DNA of 64,000 nt from Phallusia mammillata (lineage: Eukaryota). Of the stretch, positions 53,401-63,000 are shown in pieces (position 1 is the stretch's first letter; the number at the start of each line of letters is the position of its first letter). The notes beneath the pieces were generated by a model that had not been told where the DNA came from, did no database searches, and was given only the letters and a program-made list of their open reading frames with translations. The stretch covers positions 11,656,001 to 11,720,000 of the forward strand of contig OZ281499.1 of NCBI GenBank assembly GCA_965637545.1. Direction: 5' to 3'. The translations under genes were made by a program, and so were the position numbers.

Positions 53401-56400
53401 ACTCCATTCACAAGTGTTGACACCAAAGTGCTGGACAGCATTTACTTTGGAAGAAGGTAAACCCCCCGAAAACCACACTATGTCTGCAGTTTTTGTCATC
53501 CAATTTTTGATCCAAAACTTCTGTACTGTAGAGTCTGTGTCTTCTGTGATTTATTATTTGGTGGTAAACTGTTTGCTAAAATGCTAAATGCGTCGCATGA
53601 AACTAAAAATCTGATATATTGATAGAAGTCAAAATGAATCTTAAATCTTACTTTTGACTAATTTAACCAACCAACCGCAAAAAATCTTGCTGTCAAAAAC
53701 CGCCTTAAGTATGTTAGCGAACGGGTGTTTACCAAAAAATGCAAAACATGACTCCTGTAACTTAATTTCAGATTCAATGTCCGCTGTGTTGCTCAAGCAG
53801 TGGACAGTGTTACCCATACACCTGGAACGCCATTGGTCAGTAAAGTTGTTACCGTGGCAACCGACAGCGGCTTATGTCACAGCTCAATAGTTTCCGGAAC
53901 TCCCCGCAACTTCCAGGCACAAAGTTTCATCGCAAACTTGCGTTACATTCCACCTACTGCAGAAGAACACCCAAATACCATCCACATTTCGGTATGTATG
54001 ATGGCTGTTGCCCCATGAAATTATTATTTCGGTAACACCGAGCTAGTTCTGTTGTTTTGCATATTAAGTATATTTTTGTACTGTATTTTGACGTACTGTA
54101 TTTAAAGATCCGACATTTTACGCGTAAATTGCCGTTTATTGTGGCAAGACTTTTATGCGCAATAAAACCATCTTGTTCAGGTGAAAATTCCCCACCAAGA
54201 TGGAAGACTTCCTCTCATTTCCACAACCCAGTTCAGCAATTTAGAATTACTTCTCTCCAGATCAATTGATCAAAGTCAACACGTTTGTTCTAATCTTGCC
54301 TATTCGAATGACGGAAATGAGGAAAGCAATTTATCGACACATATTGGCGAATGTAAGTTGCAGATTGTACTTGTATGGTGTATTACATAGCATTAAACCA
54401 AATACTCGGCGCCAAAAATGGGAGGCATAAAATACACAATCGTTTCTATCAATTAGCAAGTTTTCTTAAAATCGCGTCAGGAGTAGTTGATAAAACTATA
54501 GTTGAACTGGTTGGTACTTCGTTACTATTTTCCTCATGTGCTTTTTCGTTTTATGTCCGTTTTTTTATAATGTTATGGTTGTCAATTTTGTACAGACTGA
54601 AGTATATTAAGCCTTTTACAGACCTCGGCTTCATCGGGAAAACTGATTACTCAAAGTTAACGTTTGGTCCTGGCTACGACAAACCATATCAGTTCGACCC
54701 AACCATACGTGAACCCCGAACAATCGATCTATACAAATATCTGAACCTGAAGAGTTGCACCTGGCAGTTCGATTCCTACTACAAAATGGACGCTTTGGTG
54801 CATTTTTGTCATGGCAAGGAAATTATCGACTATCAGGTACATTTTTTCGACTATGTTTCAATATGGGCCGTTTATTTTTTCGTGGCAATCTACTAAACTA
54901 CATTAACAAAACATTGTAAAAAGCTGACACAGAATCTTATTCTCATCCGTTTTGCAGATTCGTGGTGCAGCCGCTTCCCAAACTACAGTCACTGTCCCAC
55001 TCTACGTGTCATATGTGTATGTGCTGGCTCCCAGAGGTTGGGGATCTCTCAGCCATCACACTGAAATGCAAGTCTCCTTCCGTTATCAAAACACGCAGTT
55101 CAGACACGGTAAGTTTGGTATCAATTAATTTTGAAAGGAAACCATTTAAGTCTATTATATAGTTGTTTGGTAATTTGGTAGGAAACAACATATTTGACAG
55201 TACTTTTCTGGCAGGTGTCCGTACTGACGGGACCCCTACTGGAGCAATAAGAGTTGTCCAGATCAAAGCCGACAATGATGGACGACTTGTCTTTGAATTT
55301 GAAACACGTGCGAAGTTCCGCGGCCATTTTGTACTCAGTCATCGAACATTGCCAGATCGAGTAAGTATCATCTCATTTTATTGGTACATTTAACTATAGT
55401 TTACTGTAATCACTTCAAGATATATACTGCTTATGTAATCTAACCAGATTTTACGAAACTTTCACACTGTTGAAATATTAAACGTTTTACTGAAATGAAA
55501 ATAGTTTTCTTCATTTCAGTTGACTTAAAACGTTTTAGGTTGCCGTTATTTGAAAAACAAATTCTTTTTAGGTGTCGCGGATAGTCGCACCAGAAGGTAT
55601 GAATATCGAATTCGAGCTGACCAACTTGTTTTCGGAAAACACGTACGACTCGCCCAACCAAAAGTGGAGGGCAGTAAGCACTTACAGTAGAAAGGATTAT
55701 ACAGGAAATTATGTAGTGGAGCTTATCCCATGTACAGTTTTACCCACACAGAAGTGGCAACCGACTGCAAATGGAAAAGATTCCCAGTGTTCAGCACGCG
55801 GACCGGAGAGGTGAGTTTTACACTTACAAAACACGAAATTGGACTTGATTTCCAGTTTGTAGAGCTCTTCTGGCAAATGTAATTTTATTCCGACGTTTCG
55901 ACGTCCTATGCAGGTCGTCTTCATCAGGGTAAATAACGCTGAATGCGACTAGTACAGTGCACGATAAACAAAGGAAACAATTGAATGGAACGCAAGCACG
56001 TCACAACGCAACGAAAACACCGCGCGATAACGAATGATTGGGCCTCTAATCTTTAAGCAGGTGCCTGTAGCACGCTGGAAGCATCACGTCTGTTTTGATG
56101 TTCATTGTGTTGCCCCGTTGGTGAATATTCCATGACTCAAGAAATAGTCTTTTCCTGTAGTCAGGCTCCCGGGCCACAACAGACGCCGCATTGAAATCAA
56201 TACGGTGGCTTTGTGATACCGCGTGATTGGAAAGGGCCGACTTCTTCGCGTCGTTGTTGGCAACATCCCGTTGATGTTCTTTTCGGCTGGTGTTGAGTGA
56301 CCTTCCAGTCTCCCTGTTATTTACCCTGATGAAGACGACCTGTATAGGACGTCGAAACGTCGGAATAAAATTACATTTGCCAGAAGAGCTGTACAAACTG

Positions 56401-59304
56401 GATATTATGCCTGGCAGCAATAGCTTATACTGGACTTGATTTGATTATTGCTCTTTGATGCACTTTTATCGTTTTTAAAGTTTGCTCATGCAAGTTTCAA
56501 AACGATAACGGTTTTGTCAAGATTTTATTTTTATTTGTAACGATTTTTATTTTTCCACACAGGTTCGAAATCCACATCGAATTTCAGCAGGCGAATCGAC
56601 CAGTACCTGTCGTGTACACACTTGAAACCCAGTTCCAGTTGTGTAACAACGAAAAAGTTTTCATGATGGATCCGCAAACGTACGACAATAATATGAAGGA
56701 GCTGGACTACACTGGTACCTACTCTAAAGGTACGTAAACTTTTTGTTACGTGCCGGAAATGATATAATAAAGAAGCTTTTTTCAATTCACTTGGTTTCTG
56801 CTATGAAATTAGGTTTGATAACTTTTCCAAGTGAAGCTGCAAGTCATCCAGCGCAATTTTACGTAAATGCACTTGATCAATTTAGTAAATCGCGTCTAAT
56901 GCGAGTGAAATGTTTTCGTTTGCGTATTTTGTGTTCTGTCTAAACCGTAATTTTATCACCTCATTTGGTTCTAAGAGTTTACTGTTGTCTCTGCAGGCCA
57001 AACTATATTCGGACGGGTATTCTGGACTCCTGACCAGGACCTTAAAAATGCGTATCGTCTTCAGCTGGAGAAGGTTTATCTATGTACGGGAAAAGATGGA
57101 TATATTCCCTATTTCGATCCAAGCGGAGAAATATACGAAAAAGGTCCACAGTATGGCTGTATTGAACCCAACAAAAACCTTCAACACCGATTCCTGTTAT
57201 TGGTAATTGCATCAACATGTTTGATGAAATATGTCGAAAAACGATTACATTTGTAACCATGGCATTTTTTAGGATCGTTCGAATCGCGTTGGAGAGGACC
57301 GCTTGTTTCATGATGTACCGTTCGGTGCTTACTTCGCATCAGATCGACCAGATTTTGCTTCAATGCGTGACGTGCCCGGGGTTGATGGATTCCTGATAAA
57401 TGTGGATGCCTTGTACAAAGTGGAGGCCGGTCATCAGTGGTATATACAGGTCAGTTTGATAAAAGTTTGACAATAACAAGTCACAATGTTGTTATGGGTC
57501 CCCTTTCTATGAACGCTGGTTTGTGATACGCGTTTGGTCAAGAAAGAATGCTTCAAATTTGGGCAGATGTTAGTTATTAATACAAATTTGATCCTCCTGA
57601 AGTTTGACCCCGAATGACCCAACGATTTACCCACAGGCCCCCAAAACGTATTTTTTTAAAAAAACGGGTGTATTGACTAAAGTTCATGAGCTAAAAGTTT
57701 TATGCTTTGTTGTTTGGTGCAATGTAAGATATTTTAAAGAATTTTGTACCTCAAAAAAGATTTACACATTTTCACCCCTAAACCCCAAAATAATCGTTTC
57801 TGTCTGACGCTGGTTTGTTAAACGCGTTTGGCCAAGAAAAAGTGCTTCAAATTTGCACAGATGTTAGTTATTGATACAAATTTGATCCTTCTGAAGTTTG
57901 ACCCCAAATGACCCAGCGGTTCACCCACAGACCCCCAAAACGTTTTTTTTTACTGAGAGTTTTATGCTTTGTTGGTTGGTGCAATGTAAGGTATTCTAAA
58001 GAATCTTGTAACTTTTTCTTGGATTCACCCATTTTCACGTTTTTGCACAGCAATGCTATGTCGTTTTATTAAATTATCACACACATTTTCAGTTTCGGAA
58101 AATTGTGTTTAAAAACTGACCTTGGACGACAATATCAAGGTCAAAGCATGAGGTTAAATGGAAAGTATTTTTCCCGTTTTTTTTACTGTTTTTTGGTAAT
58201 TATATGACAATAATGATGCAAATAAAATACGAACAAAACTTTTTAAAGTTAGGTGAAGCTTTCTGAAAGTTTTTTCTTTAAGAATCTAAAAATAACCGAA
58301 ACATTTGTTTACCGTACACACGTGTGGCGACCCATTCGTATTTGCTTGCAAAAACAATCATATGTGTAGATCAAATGATGTGTATAGTAAATTGGTAAAT
58401 ATGATATAAAATACATAAAATGGAAGTATATTAGAAAGCCACCTTTCTAGTTTTAAATGTTTTTCTTTAAAAACAAGTACTTGTTTGCTATCGTTGCCAC
58501 TGTTTTGAAATGCGCCAGGCTTAGCTTGAAGAAAAAGTGGCGTGACCATCATTGCCGTATAGTGTCTTAGGTGTATTTGATTGCAAACGTTTCTAATGTC
58601 AATGGTAAAATATTGGGGTACTTTACTTAATTTAAATTGTTGACTGTATGTTTCAACAGGTTGTTTACGTGATTAGCCCGGATCACATGATGCCTCGTGT
58701 CAGGCGTTCAGCAATGTTTGATTTTCACCCCGCTGCAAAAAGCCGCAGACGCCGAAGCGCAAGTCGTAACGCGTTTAACACGGGCTGGCTCGACGGGAAA
58801 AGTCAACAAAACGGAACAAACATGCGCGGAATATTAATTGACGAAGAGAAAATTGACGGCTCGGTCAACACTGTGGCCATCGCGAGCGCTGTCGCCGCCA
58901 TCGTCTTGCTTTTTATCATCGCTGTAACCTGCTTTTGCTGTACAGCTAAAAAGCGACGGCAACGGCAAAAGGAGCGGGATTTGGAAATGCTTCAACGTAA
59001 GAAAGTTGACATGGACAACGACAATAGCGGGACAGATAGGAAGCACGTGGCAAAGGTTGTGAGCTTGTCGGACAAATATGCTGATGGCGATGAACTTGAC
59101 AAAAACTATCGATACAATAAAGTGCGCGTGTCCAATGTGAATTTAAATAACTGTGAGACACCGCTGATAATGTCATCACGCAACACAAGTAAGCCAAACA
59201 ACAAAAAATCTGTCACCAAACCACTGCTGCGTAATCGTGGATTGGACATTCAAATAGTAAATAATCTAAAAGATGACGATTCCGAATCAGGAACGGAAGT
59301 TTAA
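11406..59304 (+). CDS. FRAS1: Extracellular matrix organizing protein FRAS1, about 77 coding exons
   Basis: Exon 1 (11406-11463, CCACCATG context) encodes the signal peptide MCLSLSPVILLTVLVSFTNG. Exon 2 (11675-11706) YCLDDGIKIK joins in phase to exon 3 (23038-23145) NGTLWKKDSCTSCSCSDG to complete VWC1. GT-AG exons then follow in phase through the VWC, furin-like, CSPG and Calx-beta blocks and the FRAS1-specific SPGYPLICVTPCDP and GPGYDKPYQFDP regions, to a TM segment and C-terminal PDZ ligand GTEV. One junction (about 34850 to 35783) has alternative possible splice sites. Confidence 0.95.
23038..26100 (+). other. FRAS1: FRAS1 VWC domain block (6 VWC including exon 2)
   Basis: Repeated W-x4-C-x2-C-x-C-x2-G...CC-P-x-C units, e.g. 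ANQCCPVC, GHCCPIC, DECCPTC, GSCCPEC, TSCCPEC, GECCPDC. Confidence 0.9.
26101..31202 (+). other. FRAS1: FRAS1 furin-like cysteine-rich repeat block
   Basis: Phase-1 exons encoding CHxSCxTC...CxxC...C...C units, e.g. CHPSCATCSLGNSPSTCTSCPAGRFLQEGRCVPSC. Confidence 0.9.
27014..27333. mobile_element. hAT-type MITE in a FRAS1 intron
   Basis: TIRs CAGGGGTGGGCAACC and GGTTGCCCATCCCTG (14/15). TSD GGGTATGA and GGGTATGG (7/8). Subterminal GCGGCCC repeats. Confidence 0.85.
31289..47224 (+). other. FRAS1: FRAS1 CSPG (NG2-like) repeat block
   Basis: Repeats with DxDTP, PxHG, FTQxD(V/I) and YxHDGS motifs, e.g. VRDPDTPSRDLIFTLVKSPRHG and FTMEDLYESRISYNHDGTNS. Confidence 0.9.
48164..52911 (+). other. FRAS1: FRAS1 Calx-beta domain block (5 domains)
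   Basis: VNEEAGRVDITVRRRG, VEESEGVVSLPILRSGD, IVDDAIYEASEGFSVKLS, ILSNEDTEWHETFLIKLG. Confidence 0.9.
48920..49320. mobile_element. hAT-type MITE inserted at a FRAS1 5' splice site
   Basis: TIR cores TAGGGATG and CATCCCTA. Perfect 8 bp TSD GTTGGTAC at 48912-48919 and 49321-49328. Multiple CCGAGC/GCTCGG subterminal repeats. Confidence 0.9.
55885..55936 (-). ncRNA. Minimal type I hammerhead ribozyme motif (sense to the PLE ORF)
   Basis: Reverse complement reads TTATTTACCCTGATGAAGACGACCTGCATAGGACGTCGAAACGTCGGAATAA. It is identical to the plus-strand copy except for one stem II loop base. Confidence 0.8.
56046..56315 (-). pseudogene. PLE GIY-YIG endonuclease C-terminal fragment
   Basis: ETGRSLNTSRKEHQRDVANNDAKKSALSNHAVSQSHRIDFNAASVVAREPDYRKRLFLESWNIHQRGNTMN matches the PLE GIY-YIG pattern (G)ETGR.L..R..EH......SAL..H....H..D.......E.....R...E..I......N. 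It is truncated at the YIG motif by the inversion junction. Confidence 0.85.
56317..56368 (+). ncRNA. Minimal type I hammerhead ribozyme motif (sense to FRAS1)
   Basis: TTATT-TA-CC (stem I), CTGATGA core, A, stem II GAC-GA-CCT-GTAT-AGG-AC-GTC, GAAA, palindromic ACGT in place of stem III, C17 (GUC triplet ending 56361), then GG-AATAA (stem I 3' strand). Confidence 0.8.
57513..58050. repeat. Tandem direct duplication, period 294 bp, in the last FRAS1 intron
   Basis: ACGCTGGTTTG...TGCTTCAAATTTG..CAGATGTTAGTTATT.ATACAAATTTGATCCT.CTGAAGTTTGACCCC...CCCCCAAAACGT begins at 57513 and again at 57807. The second copy is shorter and diverged. Confidence 0.85.
58660..59304 (+). CDS. FRAS1: FRAS1 last exon: furin sites, transmembrane helix, cytoplasmic tail with GTEV
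   Basis: ORF 58648..59304: RVRR and RRRR sites, NGTNM, hydrophobic VAIASAVAAIVLLFIIAVTCFCC followed by basic KKRRQR, ending SGTEV-stop. Confidence 0.95.
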   Translation, partial: VVYVISPDHMMPRVRRSAMFDFHPAAKSRRRRSASRNAFNTGWLDGKSQQNGTNMRGILIDEEKIDGSVNTVAIASAVAAIVLLFIIAVTCFCCTAKKRRQRQKERDLEMLQRKKVDMDNDNSGTDRKHVAKVVSLSDKYADGDELDKNYRYNKVRVSNVNLNNCETPLIMSSRNTSKPNNKKSVTKPLLRNRGLDIQIVNNLKDDDSESGTEV

Positions 59305-60390
59305 AGTTTTCAGTGGTAGTTCACTGATAAATGCTTGTATTGCAGTCTTAGCTACAAACGCGCCAGATGTTTCGCAAATCTAACGCTCCAAGAGCCCGGT
59401 GGTTAAAATATTTTTGACTGATGTTTTTTTGTATATTACACATCACTTTTAGGTAATGGGCTTACGAGTGACGTCATTTTCTTGCCTTGTGCCTCACGTG
59501 TGACGTCACGAGTTTGAGTAGTTGCCCGAAAATTTGTAGTCTTGGTACATCGGGATTTTATGTGTGATGACGTCGCAGGGACGCATTGAGATGACGTCAA
59601 TGATCTCTACCTCCTGTGTTATTGCCCGAAAAAAATTCCAAATATATGCAAATGATTCGGTTTTTGACAAAATTGGGGGTTGTGTTGTTTACCTGCATTC
59701 TAGTTTTTAAACAAATGGTGATCCATTGGCCCACCTCAATCTTACCAACCAGCATTTTAGCGTAAGACATACTACGTGCTTCTGCGTCAGCGACAGTTTA
59801 TTTATAAAACTTTTATTTTTATTTTTTTTTCTGTAAATTGATCGCGACACAGCATATTTCACTAGCAACTTTTAATCACGTGTTATTGACGCTTGTTGTT
59901 ATTTGCGTTGCAACAATCAACATTTTCTCGTGTTTTTCCGCCGTGTTATTATGTCTTATTGCGGCCGATTTCCCACCAACCTATCCTTTGTTTTTTCTTG
60001 TGATTCGCATACGTCGTTTTTCGTGTATCATATTTATTTTTTCGTCATGTTACCTGCTAATGTTTTTGTAATGATTTTCATCAGTGCTTGATGCGTCTGA
60101 TATTAAACTTCCTGGATATGGATTATGAGAGGTGCTCGTATAAATTGGACAAACATGTTAGTCTAGTTACAGGTCTTAACAGAACAAACTCTGAATCCAT
60201 GTGTTTTGATTTCGAAAGGTGAAATGCTAGCAGAGAACTGACAACGTATTATCTACCGCTGTTCACAAACTACAATCATACATGGGTAGAACATTTATTG
60301 TGACAAACCCGCGAATGCCTTGCAAGTAACTTAAGCGTTGTTGCAATGATACGAGGTCAACGAATCGTCGCACTGCATGACAATTCGCAA

Positions 60391-60458
60391 CTACGCATCG
60401 AACATCCAATTTTGTTCAGCTTCCGAAGAACTTTAAAACAAAATTTTCATATACGCAA
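60391..60458 (-). promoter_or_regulatory. Type II SECIS element in the GPx 3' UTR
   Basis: Minus strand: UUGCGUAU (helix I), AUGA (60450-60447), A, AAUUUUGUUU (helix II), U, AAA (60434-60432), G, UUC-UUCG-GAA apical minihelix, GCU, GAACAAAAUU, G, GA-U, then AUGCGUAG (helix I 3' strand). AATAAA follows downstream at 60299-60294. Confidence 0.85.
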
Positions 60459-60505
60459 CAAGCAAATATCAGTGAGCAGGGTATGAACGGTTTGTGTCGT
60501 CATCA

Positions 60506-61777
60506 TCATTCTTGTGATGATGCTCTAAGGCGGAGCAATTGTTCGACGTCCTCAATCAAGATTGGTGAGTCCGGTGAAACGTTGTGGTTGTAACGCCTGT
60601 GAAAATACCAATTAGCAACTGCTACCATAGTGTGAAAAAACGGGCTGCTCTGAAATACACAATTTAGGCAACTGTGACTAGGTATGCAATGTCCAATAAC
60701 TAGGAATATAAGCGCAGTCAATTTCATCAATGTAGGAGGGGCAATTTACTTAAAGTTAGGCTCTATTTATTAAAATTGATTGCTTGAATTGTATGTTTTA
60801 AATAACACATTGCCAGTTCTAGTTGGCGAAGATAGTATGTTTTAGAGCAGCCCTGGCCAAAATGTTATTTTTGTGCAGATGAACGTTTTATCTGGATGCT
60901 ATAAAACAAGATGTTTTAGATTCAAACAAAACCGACATTATACTAATTCGCACCTATGCATATATCCGTTGTGGTCAACTAAGAACTTGTGGTAATTCCA
61001 TTCAATATCCGTTGGTTCAATTGGGTCATAAAACAGTCGTTCCTTAGATGCGAAGGATGATGTTACAATATTGCACTGGCCCTGTAAAGGTAACGATTGG
61101 AATATAATTTAAAGTTGGTTTAATTTGCAAAAAAGTAATGTTCACCTTCATAAACTTAAATAACGGGTGTGCATCATTGCCGTTTACATTTAGCTTTTGG
61201 AAAATTGGAAAATTCGGTCGAAACCCATTTCCTGGTCGAACGTGTTCCAAGATTGAAAGAATTTCGTCATTTCTACCGGGCTCCTGCGAAAAGATTTTTT
61301 TTACATTTTGGTATTGTTGCGACTCAGCACCAACAAAACGATATTATAGTAATGACGATTATATTAAAAAAAGCTAATGGTACCTGAAGTCCAAATTGGT
61401 TGCATGGGAAACCGAGGACGGTTAATCCTTCACGTTGCTGCAGTGCATTAAGTGGCCTGTATTGCCAATTCGCTCCTCAAAAAGATGCGACATTGACAAT
61501 AAGTAGAACGTCCCCTTATTAAACCAAAGAATATAGGTTATATAAAACTCTTGACGTCCAACGTAGACGTTAATGCAAAATTTAGTGACCCACCTCGAAA
61601 TTGCGAAAGAGCCACTTCGGTGTTGTTTTGCAATGTTACAAATCGATAGTCTTCATCATAAATGGTTAACTTTGACTTGAAGCATTTTGCCCTCTGCTTC
61701 GCGATGCGGTGACTATTCGCTGGAAAACTGCACAATAAGGCGATGACGCCCAGTAAAAGAGTTTTATACACCTCCAT
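60506..61777 (-). CDS. GPX: Secreted selenocysteine-containing glutathione peroxidase (GPx3/5/6-like), 5 exons, about 223 aa
   Basis: Exons 61777-61594, 61514-61384, 61283-61146, 61081-60954 and 60596-60506 are GT-AG and in phase. Signal peptide MEVYKTLLLGVIALLCSFPANS; LLIVNVASF-TGA-GA (Sec at 61479-61477); VLGFPCNQFGLQEPG; VRPGNGFRPNFPIFQK; IEWNYHKFLVD. Confidence 0.95.
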
Positions 61778-62482
61778 TGGTCCAATGGCCTCCGGCCAGC
61801 AGAGCAAATAATGTGATAACAACGGCGATTTTTTTGCTCTAAAAAAATTGATAAATTACAATTCTTCTGGATAAAAATGTTCCATCTAATTTTTCATTTA
61901 ATTTCGACAATTAGATGATTTTACACAACTTCAACAATTGCGTCTTGCTGTCTACTCAACGAGGCAATACACGCGGGTAGCAACTCAGACTTTCTGCAAA
62001 CAGCTTGTTTGTTCGTCTACTGATTTCATGCTGACACAAAGAAGTTACTGTCCGTCTTGTTTGCTTGAACTACTTTGACATTTAGCTCCATTCACCTACT
62101 TTCCTTGCCTGCAGGAATAAAAGATTTCGTGTATGTTTTTTTAGTCCCGAATTTGCGCAAAAACAAGACTATAAGTACACCACTTACGAACGAATCTGTT
62201 TATGATTTGTATAAACAGGCAAACTGGTATCATTTTACCTCACGTTTTTCCGAACTCATGTTTTCTTGTTTTATGGGTACACAAGCGTTTACCACAGAGC
62301 ACAAACCACTACCAGTTATAGTCGTCCATTACGTCACAAGTGCAACCGTGAGAAGTGTTTTTCATGAACAGCTTTCTTTCGCAAGCCTATATGTTTTACA
62401 ATTTCACATGATGCCAAGAATTCCTAAATAGGTCAAGAAGAACTTAAACGAAATGTTTTACAAAAAAGCAAATGAATTAAAT

Positions 62483-63000
62483 CAGGGCTTCTCAAACTGT
62501 GGGTCGCGACCCCAATTGGGGCGGCCGTGACGTAAATAAAAACTTATTTGCCAAATATTTTGCTTTTCAAACAGCTCTAAACACATTTTGTGGAACTTAA
62601 AAGAGCATTACCAGCCTAGTAGCCAATAACCATATGTGCCAGCCGTTTTTATGCCTATTGTGTGGAAACAACCTGAAAAAGGAGATACCACAAGCGTCAC
62701 AATATAGATTATGACGTCAAAAAAGCTAAGACTGGCAATTTGTGTATCAAGTTAGAAATTAATTTAGGCTTTTTAGGCGCCATTAGATAGTATATGTATT
62801 TTTATAATATTTAAGTATTTCTTTACAGCAGTAATTTTAAATCACAAGCAAGCAGGCAATAAGCGGCCGCTGGTAAAATAAAGATCTGTGATGCGGCCGT
62901 CATAGCGAAAAGGTTGTGCACCCCTGGGCTATACCAGGTGTCGCGTAGAAATTTCTTTTTTAAAATGGGGTCGCAGAGCAAGAAAGTTTGAGTAGCCCTG
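62483..63000. mobile_element. hAT-like MITE upstream of GPx, containing the end of a second TIR element
   Basis: TIRs CAGGGCTTCTCAAACT and AGTTTGAGTAGCCCTG (15/16), with GGGTCGCG/GGGGTCGC subterminal motifs. An internal AAAAGGTTGTGCACCCCTG right end lies near 62908-62927. No intact TSD. Confidence 0.65.

Larger units (their letters stand above)
55852..56430 (-). mobile_element. 5'-truncated Penelope-like retroelement (PLE) with inverted pseudo-LTR ends
   Basis: 12 bp TSD TGGACTTGATTT (55840-55851 and 56431-56442). 86 bp inverted repeats at 55852-55937 and 56316-56401 (84/86), each with a hammerhead core and AATAAA. A GIY-YIG C-terminal coding remnant lies between them. The inverted copy carries an extra 29 nt tail (56402-56430). 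Confidence 0.9.

Noticed and set aside
55852-56401. DNA transposon or MITE with 86 bp TIRs
   Set aside because: The arms contain hammerhead plus AATAAA, the ends are asymmetric (29 nt tail), the TSD is 12 bp and the interior is GIY-YIG. All of these fit a Penelope-like retroelement.
56046-56420. 124 aa minus-strand ORF as an intact gene
   Set aside because: It is chimeric: the first about 35 codons are antisense pseudo-LTR sequence read across the inversion junction. Only 56315-56046 is genuine GIY-YIG.
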